64,000 nucleotides of DNA. Source: Lama glama (Eukaryota). Location: the NCBI GenBank assembly GCA_028534125.1, contig CM052818.1:43712001-43776000 (forward strand). The letters are read 5' to 3'. The stretch's first letter is position 1, and each line of letters starts with the position of its first letter. Below the pieces are notes generated by a model. The model was not told the DNA's origin. It was given only the letters and a program-made list of their open reading frames with translations, and did no database searches. This document shows, one piece after another, positions 25,118 through 37,180 of this stretch. The position numbers and the translations under genes were made by a program.

Positions 25118-25136
25118 CAGCGCCCCCTGGTGTGCA
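25118..25136 (-). promoter_or_regulatory. Candidate CTCF site
   Basis: Minus strand TGCACACCAGGGGGCGCTG versus consensus TGGCCACCAGGGGGCGCTA. Confidence 0.62.
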
Positions 25137-25899
25137 CAGCGCTTCTTGGGGTCTCCCTCTTGCACCCCAGGGAGGGAGGCATGAAGAAGCCAGGGCGGTG
25201 AGCGTGGCAGGAACCTACCCGGCGCCCCGCGGCAAGTAGGTTGCGGAGCATCCTGGAACCCTGAGTCCTGGTCTCCTGCCTGGTGCTTGCTGGACCTCGT
25301 CGCCAGCCTCTGAGGTGGGGGCGCTGGGCTGGAGAGCTCGGTGTGCACCTGGCCTGAGGGGTCGGAGGCCTTCAAGGGGGTTGGGGCACCAGGCTGCGGA
25401 GACCTGCTCACGTGTGTCTTCCCCGTGTCCTCAGCCTCTTCTCAGGGAGCGAGGCGGGTCTGTGAAGAAACGTGCTGGTACCCACCCTCTACACCCTCAC
25501 GTGGGCAATAACCCACTCCTTTCCTGGGGCTTCAGCTCAGCCTTTCTGCTTACTAGGTTTGTTTTTGGTTTTTTTTTTTTTTTAAACAAGTCTGCCTGGG
25601 GCATGGTTTTATCTCATGTGATACTGCTCAAAGCCACTAAAATTGCTGTCGCTTCCTCACCGGACAGTTTTCTTGGTCACTGTGTTTTCATCAAGCATCG
25701 GCACTTTGTTTCCCTGCTCATCTCTTGAGCCAGCCTCCGCTTTGACCTGAAACAAGCAAATTCAGTTAGCTTGGCCATCACTGTTCAAAGCATGCCGACG
25801 CCTTGCTCTTGAGGCTGGGCGCTGTCATTTGTCTCGACTGTTCAAATTTAAGCTTGGTCTTCTCTCTTTCTAAAATATAAAGGGGGCATTAATTTATTC

Positions 25900-26410
25900 G
25901 TTTCTCCATTCATTCTGCATTTATTGAGCACCTCTCTTCATAGCAGACTTCCTGTTAGAGGTCAGAGATGTAAGTATTAGGAGAACCCAGCCCCTGCCCA
26001 GGAAGAGGCTGAATTAATATAACAGAGAGCCATGAGTGCTATAGTCAGTAGTACGGACAGTGCTGTCAGGGCACAGAGAAGTTAGCAGGAAGATGTCCCT
26101 GGAAAACCTGATTTCACAGAGGACACGGATGCCGAGCTAACATTTTGAAGACTAACAGATGAATCAGACGGATAGTGGGAGGAGGATGACTTCTCCAGGT
26201 CAAGGACATGAGAATGTGCAAAGGCACAGAAGCATGAACGTGCCAGGGGTGTTAAGAACCTGCCATGGAGTGTGGTACTGCTGATATGAAGGAGGTGGAG
26301 GGCACAGCAGAGTGAGAAGGGCCAAGAGCAGAAGCTAAGGGTGGGATGAGAGTTTGGAAGGAGCCTAAGCTGGTGAACCTTTATCCTGAAAGCCAGAGCA
26401 TCTTGTCCTG
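25900..26410 (-). mobile_element. L2 3' region
   Basis: cattcattctgcatttattgagcacct...cccctgcccaggaag...gtgcaaaggcacaga...ctttatcctgaaagcca. Confidence 0.8.
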
Positions 26411-27525
26411 GGGTCCATGTGCTGATGTTGGGTGTCCACACGGTACTTAAATTGTTGTATATTTTGTCTACGTATGTGCAGTTCGTGGAGGGAGGGGACA
26501 ATGGAACAAAACTGTGATGAGTTTTTCAAAGACATTCTTGACTTCAGATATTTTGAAACCATTTCTGTAGGCAACAATGTACCATTGTACATCGTTAAGA
26601 TGACGAGGAGATGAAGTTCTTAACATACAGGGAAACCATTTGCTCGCATGTAATTAGTATGAATAAATGCAATTGTTGTTTTCATGGTGTGCAGTAAAAC
26701 GCTCTTTGTGATGGATGGGAGAATTTGAAGATTTAAATTTTGGCAGCCTCTCTGTGTTTTTCAAAAACGGGTAATCTGGGAAGTCTTGAAAAAAGTATTA
26801 TTTGAAAACAAAGTACTCTATTTGAAAAGACTTGCCGACCCTTTCCTATAGGATGTGTGGCATTTGAGGGGGGAAGTTTTGTCGCAAGTGCTTTGGGTCT
26901 GTGGGCCGAGCCCCTGGGTGAAACACTGAGTGGCTGACGCAGCCTGTGGCATTAGCCTCAGCGTTTCCGCATTCATAGCTTCTACATGATTTTGAAACAA
27001 ATGCCCGTATGTTATCAAGGGCCAAAATGCGAAGTCTGGAAGCCCCCTTGGGGACTCGTGCAAGGGGGTTAGACAGGATTTAGACATTGAACTTCCTCTC
27101 CCATGTCCACATTGCATTAATTTGCAAATTCTCCAGTTTGGGAAAATGTGATGCATGTTAGCAAGAATTAGAGTTTTCATCCAGAAATAAAGACTGAATT
27201 TTTCTGATGAATGAAGCAAAATACCCAACAGAGTCTTTGGTGTGTAAGACTTGGCTCAGAGAGAAAGTGATGGCGATGTAGTTTTCAAGTGACACATTTA
27301 AACAGAGCAGGAGGAGGAAGAGGGTGTGGCCAGGGGATCTCTGGATTATACAGACCCACTCAGAGCCCTGGTCACAGTCTACCCTAGTTTAAGTGAACGT
27401 AAGTTCTGGGGGTTTATTATCGGATGCTAGAAGTTAAATGGCAGGTAAACAAATAGACAAATTGGAATAAGAAAGGTGATGGACAAAGGAACTTAAGGCT
27501 TACCAAGTCCAAGAGCTTTTCTAAG

Positions 27526-28045
27526 TGTCAACTGAAAAAAAATGCACAACCTGAAAGTTAAGAATTATGTTTTATTGGGTGGATTTTCTGAGGACTTCAA
27601 GCCCAGGAGGCAGCTTCTCAGATAGCTCTGAGGGACTGCTCCAACAAGGTAAGGGAGGAGCCAGGATATAAAGAAGTTTTGCAACAAAACCCAGGTAGTC
27701 AGAACAATCAAAAGATGGCTGTTAACTAAAGGAAACCAGGTATCTCAAGTTAAGAAATTTAGCATTTTTCTATGTATGGGAAGATGCAAGAGTCTGGGCT
27801 CATAGAAATCATTCTTTTATTATGTACCTTAGCCATCAAGAATGTGTATCCTGTTCTTTCGCATCCTGAGTTTCCTCAGGGGGCCCTGTTGGAAGTGGCC
27901 TCAGTGGCTGAGGGCTTGGCAGCAGGCAGCCTGCTGGTCTCCATCCTGAGTTCCCTCTGGGCTCACGGTCAGGGGCAGCTGTAGTGACTTGATGGCCACA
28001 ACATCCTTCGTTTACTGATAAGGCAGGTGACATTTTTCTTTCACG
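27526..28045 (-). mobile_element. ERV1-class (MER41-like, cetartiodactyl) solo LTR with 4-bp TSD
   Basis: Starts TG and ends CG (mutated CA). TSD taag at 27522-27525 and 28046-28049; minus-strand AATAAA at about 27571; tatgtatgggaagatgcaagagtctgggctca motif. Confidence 0.88.
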
Positions 28046-28179
28046 TAAGTGTGATCTCACTTAAATCTCACAACAACCCCATAAGGCTATTACTATGTTT
28101 AGCTTCCTTTTAAATATTCTTTAAGAACCTAGACTTGGTAAATGACTAAAGCGAGTGACTGATGGAACTGGTGTTCTGT

Positions 28180-28550
28180 GTATTAGTAATGCCAGCTGCT
28201 AAAACAAGAATCTCAAGATTTTAGTGACATCACTGTTAATTTCTCCCTCCTGAACAGTCAAATATGAGTGTTTTTGGTGTCCGAGATTCTTTATCTTGTT
28301 TTCTGAGATTTAGTTCTTTCTAGCTTGTGGCTCATCCATCCCCCAAGTCTGTGTAATTCCCTGCTTCTCGCCAGGGAAGGGGAAGGTGGCAGAAGCTTAG
28401 CCACCTTGCAATATTCTGATGCTGAAAACTGGTCACATAGTCTTGCCCATAGTAGGGGCAAGAAGGGTTTGAAAATGTAACTGTAGGCTGGGTATCTGCT
28501 ATAGAAAAGTAGCTGAAAATTTTGGTAGACAACCAGCTGCCTCTGGCAGA
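28180..28550 (-). mobile_element. Old MLT1-type LTR fragment
   Basis: agctgctaaaacaa...ttagtgac...tggtcacatag...gaaaatgtaactg. Confidence 0.45.
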
Positions 28551-28581
28551 GATTCCATCCTAGGTCTATTTATACTGAGGG

Positions 28582-29258
28582 AGTGGTTCTCTGATAGGTC
28601 CTCAGATTCGATAACAGTTGAATGCTTTCTCTACCATCTGGAAATAAATTCACAAATTATATAACCTACCTACACACACATTTTCAAAAAGTAAATAGAA
28701 TTATTTCATGTAACATAATGGAGAAATAAAAGGAACTTACAATAAGATAATATATGTTTCAAGAAGTAAATACTAAGAAAAAACTGTCCTAAAAAACATA
28801 CTGTGTTAGTTACTCATGCATGTGCATAGAATCCCTACATACGTGACAGCTACAGACACAAACGACCTTCCATGCTCTGTATTACCCAGAGATGTCTTTG
28901 GTTATATGATCTTTCAATGTAGTGACCAAGTCTTAGTGAATTTCCAAAGAAAGGAATTTACAACTGTCCCTCAATATATACAAGAAATGCATTCATATAT
29001 TGCATATTACTATCATGAAAAAGTACTCTGTGTGTATACATAAAATTGAGTTTTATACACAGATAACTGTAAGAAGGGCTTGTTTGTTGATACCCAGAGG
29101 TTGTTGAAGACCATCCTTCAAATGGCAAGATATCTGGAAACCCTGTTTGGTCCACTAAATTCAAGGAATGTCCTCTCAGTTGTTGCGGCTACAGAAGCAT
29201 CCACCCAAATTTACAAAATTCCACCCAGAGACGGACACTTGCCCTAGCAAAAACCACT
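28582..29258. mobile_element. hAT-Charlie-like DNA transposon relic
   Basis: Begins agtggttct and ends aaaaccact (Charlie-type terminal inverted repeats); subfamily not determined. Confidence 0.45.
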
Positions 29259-29299
29259 CCAATAAGCCATATTGTCTCCTTGCATTTAAAGTTTTAAAT

Positions 29300-31190
29300 A
29301 AACTCTATATTTTAGAATACTTTTAGAATTACAGAAAAATCATAAAGATAATACATAAAATTCTCATATACAGACACTCAAGTTTCTTCTTTTATAAACA
29401 TCTTATCTTCATGTGGTACCTCTGTCACAATTACGAACAAAAATCGTATTTCGTTATTTACTGAAGTCCAAATTCATTCAGTTTTCCTTAGCCTTTACCT
29501 AATGATGCTTTTTTCCTTTTCTAAGATCACATCCAGGATATCATATTACATTTAGTTTTCACGTCTGCTTAGGCTCCTTGTGACTATGACAGTTTCTTAT
29601 TTTTGATAATTTTGGCAGTTTTCAGGAATACTAGTGAGGTGTTGCATAAAACATTCCTCAATTACGATTTGTCTGATTGTTTTTTTCTTATTATCAGACT
29701 GGAGTTACGGCAGCTGTGGAGGAAAACCACAGAGATAAAGCGCTGCTTTCATTACAGCATGTCAAGGGTACATTCTATTAACATGACTCAACACTGCAAA
29801 TGTTGACTGTGCTCATCCAGCTGAAGTCACGCTGCTCAGGTTTCTCCATTTAAAGTTGCTCTTCTTCTGTTCTGTACTCAGCACGGAAGTCACTACGTGC
29901 AGCCCAGGCTCAGAGAGCACAGAGCGATGTCCCACCTCCGTGAGGGCTGACTCTGGACGTGAACTGCGTGGAGTTTTTCTGCATGAGAGACTTGGTTCTT
30001 GTCCATGATTTCTTCATCTATTTAATCAAGTATCTATATTTACTTATATGGATATGTATCTGTAAGTACAGACTCATAAAGTTATAAATTTTAAAATTAA
30101 AAGTAGAAGTATATAATGAATTAAATATGAATAATAAGTTGAAAACTAATTTTTAAAATCAAGGAGAAGAGACAGTTTAGTTCCTAATCCAATACTACCT
30201 TACTTATTTTGTTTCTCAAACTGTTCCAGCTTTAGCCAATCGGTGTTCTTTTAGTTGGTCTTCTGTTGACATACTCCCAACAGTGAGTTCTTCTTTAAAT
30301 AAGTAAGTGCTTCCTTACTTGCAAGCACTCAGGATGCTCTAGACTCATGCAATTGCAGCGTGCGGGTAACTTGACATCAGAATTGTTAACTGTACCCGCA
30401 TGGGAGACAATTTTATCGACTAAAATACTGTGCTTTTATAGTTTCTTTGGCCATCAGCCTTGCAAATAACACACATTTCCAACTTTCCCCCACCCCCTTC
30501 AGAAGGGTTACTTTATACATGCATCATACAGGTAGGTTACTTTGTTAAAGTTCTCATTTCATCCCTGGATCCCTCATTCTAATGTTTTTAATTTTTTATA
30601 CATGAAAGCCTGCTGCTTGTGCTGTGAATTTCAATGGGTTTTGACAAATGCTTGGTGTCATTTATCCACCATTAGCCTGCTCTGCAGAATAGCTTCACCA
30701 CCGTAAGAAATTCTCCTGTGTTCATCCTATAAACCCTTGGAAACCACTGGCCTTTTGACCATCCCTGTATTTTTCCTTTTCCAGAATGTCATCTACCTGG
30801 AATCATACACTACGTAGCCTTTCCAGATTGGTTTCTTTACTTAGCAGTATGCATTTAAATCTCGTGTGCCTTTGTGTGGCTTGATAGCTTAAAAAAAAAA
30901 AACTCTGAGTAGTGTTCTGTGTATGGATGAACCTCTGTTTGTTTATCCAGTCTCCTTTTGAAGGACACCTTGGTCGCTTCTAGTTTTTGATGGTGATCAG
31001 TGACGCTACTACACACATTCATGGGCAGGTTTTTGTGTCGGTGTAAGTTTTCAGATCAGTTGAGTAAATACCTAGGCGTGCAGTCGCTCTACTGTCTGGT
31101 GAGACTGCTCACTGTTGGTAAATCTGTGGCAAACTGTCTTCCAAAGCGGCTCTGTCATTTTGCATTTCCACCAACAATGAGTGAGTCATG
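29300..31190 (-). mobile_element. L1MC/L1MD-type L1 3' region
   Basis: ttttagaattacagaaaa...ccaggatatcatattacatttagtt...aaaaccacagagataaag...ttttccagaatgtcat..ggaatcatacac...caaactgtcttccaaagcggct..cattttgcatttccaccaacaatg. Confidence 0.85.
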
Positions 31191-31212
31191 CAATCATGAT
31201 AATATCTGATGT

Positions 31213-31425
31213 TCAGCGTTTCTAAACTGAGGCATTAATGGCACTTGAGTGGGGCAGTTCTTTGTTTTTCAAGGCTGTCTTGCACAAGAAGTTTAGCATC
31301 CTCAAGGTCCTGTGGCTAAATGCCACTAATATTCTCAGTCTTTGCCACAGCCAAAGGCACCCTCATGCAATTCTACTGTCCTCATGCAGAGGGAACATGT
31401 GCCCTCCTATATTAAAAATGACTGA
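31213..31425. mobile_element. hAT-Charlie (MER20-like) relic
   Basis: cagcgtttctaaact...tttagcatcc...ctaaatgcca...aaaatgactg. Confidence 0.5.
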
Positions 31426-32359
31426 TCTCTATGAAAGTTTATAATTAATGTTAAAAGATTACATTAATATTAAAAATAGGAAAGGCACAGACTTATCCCA
31501 CCAGTGTGAAAAAAGGTGTGCAAAATGTGTTAAAAGCTAGAAAGAAATATACCAACATGTCAAGGATAAGCAGCTCTGAATAGTGAAACTATGAGTAGTT
31601 TTTATCCTTATTTACTCTTTTTTTTATTTTTTTGTAATTAGTATGTCATACTCTTCCAAGACAAAAACATTCAAATACCATTCAAATATATTCTAATAAT
31701 GCAATGATCACTAAGTAAGTTTATCACATGGGGTGGATCGTAAACAGCTTTTTCTATGAGAAATATGTTCATATGTCTTAGGTACACCTCCATCCTTTCC
31801 TGAATGCAGGCCAGTGGGCCTCTCACACACTTCCTCTGGTTGAAAATGGTGACAAGAAAAAGTGACAGACAAGGAAAATGACAGAAAACAACCAAAAGGG
31901 TTTTTTTTTTCCTCCACTATGTTCCGTGCGTGTGTGTTTCCAGATGGACTCTGTAAGGGTGATGGCTCACCTCGACCAGCTGTGTTATTCCTTCTCCAAC
32001 CGTCTTGGAGTCCTCAACTGCAGTTTTCAACATCAGGGTTTTCCATTTAAGATATGGACTTGTTTTCACATTGTATTTCAGAGAGAGGGAAAAAAGAGCA
32101 AAGCTAACAGTATAATGCATGTTGAGAGGAGAAGGCTCTTTAAAACTGTTTTAACATCTTCTCATAAGACAGGCAGTTTTAGCATAAGACATTTTGCCTG
32201 GCAACCGTTACCAGTGGATTCTGTGTTAACGGAGATTTCATAGAATATCATATCTTGGCTATTTTCCACTCACTGATGAAAACTAGTTGGACACATTTGC
32301 AAGGGCAAAATGATGTCTATAGGGAATAAGTACTAGGAACATTTTCAGCTGATCTTGGA

Positions 32360-32725
32360 AAAAGAATGGACTTTTGTGCCGGGCAGATCTAGGTTAAAAA
32401 TACCCTGCTTCTTCTAGCTCTGTGACCTCAGACCAGAGATTTAATCTCTCTGAGCCTCAGTTGCCTTAGCTTTTGTTTGTTTGTCTTTTGCTTTTTTTTT
32501 TTTTTGGCAAGGGGAAATAATTAGGTTTGTTTATTTCTTTATTTATTTTTAAGTGGAGATACTGGGAATTGAACCCAGGACCTTGTGCTGAGCATTCTAC
32601 CACTGAGCTCTACCCTTCCCCTCTCAATTTCTTAATTTTAAAATGAGGATTCTGACTAGGTTATCAAGAAATTTAAATGCATAAAATCCCTAGTACCCTT
32701 GTAGACATTAATTTTGTCTTGTTAA
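32360..32725 (+). mobile_element. MIR interrupted by a SINE
   Basis: ctagctctgtgacctc...tttaatctctctgagcctcagtt [SINE] ttaaaatgagga...ttaaatgcataaaa. Confidence 0.75.
32471..32621 (-). mobile_element. tRNA-derived SINE (camelid Vic-1-like)
   Basis: Minus strand: GGGGAAGGGTAGAGCTCAGTGGTAGA (A box)...GGTCCTGGGTTCAATTCCCAGTATCTCC (B box), AT-rich region, A-rich tail. Diverged TSD ctcagttgccttag / ctcaatttcttaa. Confidence 0.85.
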
Positions 32726-32871
32726 TACATATCCAGGACCTGGAATTGAAAGAGGAAATGAATTTCAATCAGCATCAAACCAATGGTTGTTATTGCTTTG
32801 AAAACTGGCTCTTTAGGAATTGCATATTTTCTCATTCTAAAGGGGGGAATATATTTCGTGTACTTACATGT

Positions 32872-33300
32872 ACATCGGTTATCCATTGCTTTGTAACTAA
32901 TCATCCTGAAACGTAGCGGCGTGCATCAATGATGAGTTCACCAGTTCTTGTGGTCCTGTGGGCGGCCGGGCAGCTCTGCTTGGCCTTGCCTGGGCTTCGG
33001 CCTTAAGCAGAGGTTCCGCTGGGGCAGAAATGTTCCACGGCCTCGTTCACAGGTCTGGCCGTTCGTGCTGGCTGTTCGCTGAACCGCTTGGTTCTATCTA
33101 CATGGCTTCTCACCCTCCAGGAGACTAGACTGGGCTCGTTTATGTGGTGGCAGAGGCCTTCCAAGATGCAGGTGCAAAATTTACAGAACCTCACTTTTCA
33201 CCCTGTTCCACTGCAAAAACTCACAAGGCAGCCCTGGATTCAGGGAGTGGGGAAATAGACACCATCTCTTCATCGATGGAGCTGCACATATGGCCACGTT
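32872..33300 (-). mobile_element. MLT1 (H/G-like) LTR
   Basis: atccattgctttgtaactaatcatcctgaaacgtagcggc...ccctccaggagactagactgggct...gattcagggagtggggaaatagacaccatctctt. Confidence 0.75.
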
Positions 33301-33474
33301 TTAAAGAAATCTAATAAATCATGATTCAGGAATTTCAACAATTATCACAAGTGCTTTGTGAGATGGACATTATCATTCACATTTATTAAATGTTAGCTAA
33401 CACATTTAGAAAGAAGTGATGTATAGCGTTCAATGTGAAACTTCTGGGATCAAACTGCCTTGGTTAGAATTCAA

Positions 33475-33535
33475 TTGTGGTATGCAGCAGAGATTGACAC
33501 ATTGTAACTGACTGTACTTCAGTTGAAAAAAAAAA
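33475..33535 (+). mobile_element. 61-bp L1 3' tail with 9-bp TSD
   Basis: ...cagagattgacacattgtaactgactgtacttcagttg(A)n. TSD agaattcaa at 33466-33474 and 33536-33544. Confidence 0.85.
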
Positions 33536-33597
33536 AGAATTCAAACTCCCCCTGTTCTCACTCAAACTCATTGTATGACCTTGGGTGAGTCACTTGA

Positions 33598-34073
33598 TTT
33601 GTTAGTCTCGCATTGCTATTAAACAAATTACCCAAAACTTAGTGGCTTAAAACAATACAAACTTATTTTCTTATCATCTTGGAGGTCGGAATTCCAAAAC
33701 CAGCTTCAGTGGATAAAATCAAGGTGTCGGCAGGGCTGAGTGTCTTCAGGAGGATCTAGAGGGGAATCCTTTCGCTTGTGCTTTGCAGTTGCTAGAAGCT
33801 GCCCGCAGCCTTTGCTCAGGGTCCAGCATCAGGTTGACCTCTACTCTCATCATCATGTTCCATCTCTAAACTCTGGTCCTCCTGCCTCCCTCTCTGAGGG
33901 GCTGTTGTAATTAGATCGGAATAAGAATAATTTCTCCATCTCAAGATCTTTAATTTAATCACATCTACAAAGTCTCTTTTGCCATGTAAAGAAACATATT
34001 CACAGGATGCAGGAATTAGGTCATGAACATCTTTTGGGGGGGACGGGATGTATGCGTGATTCAGCCCATCACA
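33598..34073 (-). mobile_element. MLT1D-like MaLR solo LTR
   Basis: aacaaattacccaaaacttagtggcttaaaacaa...aaaatcaaggtgtcggcagggctg...ccatctcaagatctttaatttaatcacatct...aacatattcacagg...attcagcccatcaca. Confidence 0.88.
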
Positions 34074-35374
34074 CTGGGTAAGCGGAACTCATTGCTCAGT
34101 TTTCTCCCCTGTTCCTGTGGGTGGTAACAGCTGCCGCACAGCTCGGCTGGGAGGATTCGGTGCATTCAGGATGCGCGGAGTTGACATGAGTGCCCGACGC
34201 TGAGTCAGCCTTTGTGAGCGCTGCCTACCGCTACTCTCACTGCTACGACGGGTTCACTCAGCTCACTAAGTGGAGAACAAACCCTCAAACCCAGCTTCCT
34301 GGCTGCCCGTGAATTCTGAATGAATCACTCATTTTTTTTATATATAGATAATTTGGATATTATCTAAGCCAGCAATGTATGCATGCACAGGAAACACATT
34401 GGCTATCAAGAAACAGGGTCTGAGAGTAGAAAGATGGTTGAACTGGTTCAAATATAGAAAAAAGGAGTGAAAATGAATTTTTAAAAAACATATACTGTGA
34501 AAAGAAAAAAATGCATACATAATAAAACTCCTCGTGAGGGCTCGCTAGGTGCCGCTGTATGCAGAGTGCTTTCTCGTATGCTGTTGTATCGTCCCCAAAG
34601 CCCTTCTCTGATGGCGACTTCCTCATCAAAGTGTACACTGTTGTTTCCCTCCTACAAATGAGAAAGCCAGAACACTGAGTCAGTAAGGATACCGAGGTCC
34701 CAGCGTGGTTCAGGTCAGTCCCATCACGAAAATCCCACTCATCCAATTCAGTGGGGTGGCAATAAAAGGGATTTTTATTAAATGAACTTAAACATATTGC
34801 AGTCTATATTTTTCCTTGCCTTGCTTTTATTGAAGAGAAGTTGTTCGGTTTTTCTTCCCTCCACTTTCCCAAACAAATCCAACAGAGAAGCAGAAACTTG
34901 GTACAGCCAGAGTGGAGATCTTTTAGCCTAAACCCTGCCTGGACCAACGTGGAGGTGGCCAGAAAAGACATTCCTATAAAAGCCCTGAAAATAGTCAGGC
35001 AAAGTCTTAAACACAAGGCACTTAGTCCAAGCCACTTAATTGCATCTCAGAAAAGCGAATATAAAGGAAGGGTTTATTGGTGGGCTTGGGGCAGGTGGTA
35101 GGGAAAGGAAATAGATTTTCCCCAAAGTGGGCTGCTCCCAGCCTGGGTGGTCCTCACAAACATGGACATCGAATCCACTAGATGAAATCTGGGTGCCAAT
35201 GCTGTTGCTTACAGGATATTTTGTAGTTTGGAGTGGAAGAGAGAAAAGTGAAGAATAAATCCAGGAGATACTGGGAGACTGGACTGGAAAGATAAATAGT
35301 AGGAACAACTCCTATATTATTAGTTATTTGCAGACTGTTATAAGAAGCCAAAGTTGATGGAAATTGAGGAAAAT

Positions 35375-35575
35375 GCAGTGAATGACTATATTAAGCTTTT
35401 GACAATTTAATTTATGCAATGAGGCTGAGAGTTAAATGGTATCCCCATTTCACAGATGAGGCAGTTGAGGCTCTGAGAGGATAATTAACTTTATCAAGGT
35501 CACAAAGCAGATATGTGGGAGAACTGAGAACAGAGTCTAAGTCTCCTTACTGTGAATCCACTATAATTCCAAAAA
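35375..35575 (-). mobile_element. MIR
   Basis: atccccatttcacagatgaggcagttgaggctctgagagg...aacttt..caaggtcaca. Confidence 0.8.
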
Positions 35576-35624
35576 CACCAAATACGTGTTTGCCTCTAAA
35601 ATATTCACCTGTCTTTCTTACCAT

Positions 35625-36050
35625 GTGACATCCGCAGGTGCTCTAGCAACTGGTCTCTGCAGAAAGCAGGCTCAGAGGAGTAAGCCAAGGCTGTTTAATG
35701 AAGGGCTTGTTTATAGATGTGTGAGCAGGGTTGAGCGAACCACGAGCCAGAAGTGCAGTCGTCATCCCAGCTGGGGGCTGGGAGGACAAGAGGAGGATGC
35801 AAAGTGAAGCCCAGGAGAGCTGGAGCGATGCGAGAGGGGCTCCTCGTAGGAGCTGTGTGCTGGTGGGGAAGTCGCTTCCTTCAGACCACTGGCCTGGTGG
35901 GGACAGCAGGCATGAGGATGCAGCCTCAGGCTTTTCTTCTCCAGCCTCCGATGTCCTGCTGGGCTCTCTGACTCAGGAGTCGAAGGAGTTGGTGACACAG
36001 AACAAAGTCGGCCCCCTGGGGCAGAGTGGAAAGGGGAGGCTGTCTCAGTG
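35625..36050 (-). mobile_element. ERVL LTR (LTR33-like) fragment
   Basis: gtttaatgaagggcttgtttatagatgtgtgagcagggttgagcgaacca resembles LTR33; subfamily uncertain. Confidence 0.45.
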
Positions 36051-36954
36051 AGAAAGAACATTCAGCTCTGCATTTCTCATTGCGATTTTTCTGTGGCCCA
36101 ATCCAAGAGAATGAGTCTAGTTCTGTTTTGCTCAATTTCTGACAGTCGATCTTTTACCTGTGAGCTTTGTCTCTCTAGATTCTATTTTAGCTTTAAAGTT
36201 CTATATCCGCACTTTTGAAATTCATCTGAAAATTAGCTTGCTGGTACCCTTAAACCTACTTGGGAAATCATAAGATTCTTTCCTGATTGAATATCTAAAA
36301 TTCCATTTCACTTTATGCCTGCTCATGTATAGCTATACAGCTGGAATGTGATTTGGGATATTCAGATATTTTTCATAATGCTCTGTTTTTGTTTTTTGTT
36401 CTGTTTTGTTTGTCTCTTTGAGCAACCTTAGTTTTGCAGCTGGGGATAAATCTGGTGTTCTGTTCAACTTCAATTTCAAAGGGAATTTGAGAACATCCTT
36501 GTAGGATGATCTTTAAACAGTAATATCCTAAAAAAAATAGAATAAGTATCATATATTTTGTTACATTCTGTTTTCACACAAACAATATAAAATGAATAAA
36601 TGAGAATTTAAAAATCATACACAGATTCATGTAGTAATTTGATTTAGATGCCATCTTTCAAAGAATAGTTTAAGAACTTGAAAAAAATAGAAATGCTCAG
36701 TTTTGTGACAAACATAGTCTAGGTAACTGGTTGTACAGTGACAATGCCAAGTTACCCATGTAATTTAGACAAAAGATATTTTTCCTATTCTATGGGAATA
36801 ATGCATAAATTTGGTGAAAGAGCAATTTAAAGAAATATAAAACCTGATATCGAGTTTTTTTGTTTAGTTCAGGACAAAGTGTTAACCTAAAAGCACAAAT
36901 AAATAGCCAAAGTGAAGTGAAACATGTTCTATGGCTCCTGCACGTGAGGTGGAT

Positions 36955-37180
36955 CATGAGATATGACAGCTGTCCTCAAATATCTGAAGGGATGTCAGCT
37001 GGGGAAGAGCCAGACATACCCTCCTCAGTCCCTGAAGTCAGGGCTAGGGACAACCAATGAATGTTAGAGGCCATCAGATTCTAGGTTCATGCAAGTAAGA
37101 ACCATCTAAGGGAAATGTTAAAAACAGAACTAATTTCCTCTGGAGGTGGTGAGTTCCCTAAACTAGGAGCTATTAAAACA
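36955..37180 (+). mobile_element. L3/CR1 LINE 3' fragment
   Basis: gatatgacagctgtcctcaaatatctgaagggatgtca...ggaggtggtgagttccct matches the L3 ORF2 3' end. Confidence 0.7.

Noticed and set aside
32550..32621. tRNA gene
   Set aside because: The anticodon arm region appears deleted, and the A-rich tail and TSD identify it as a SINE.
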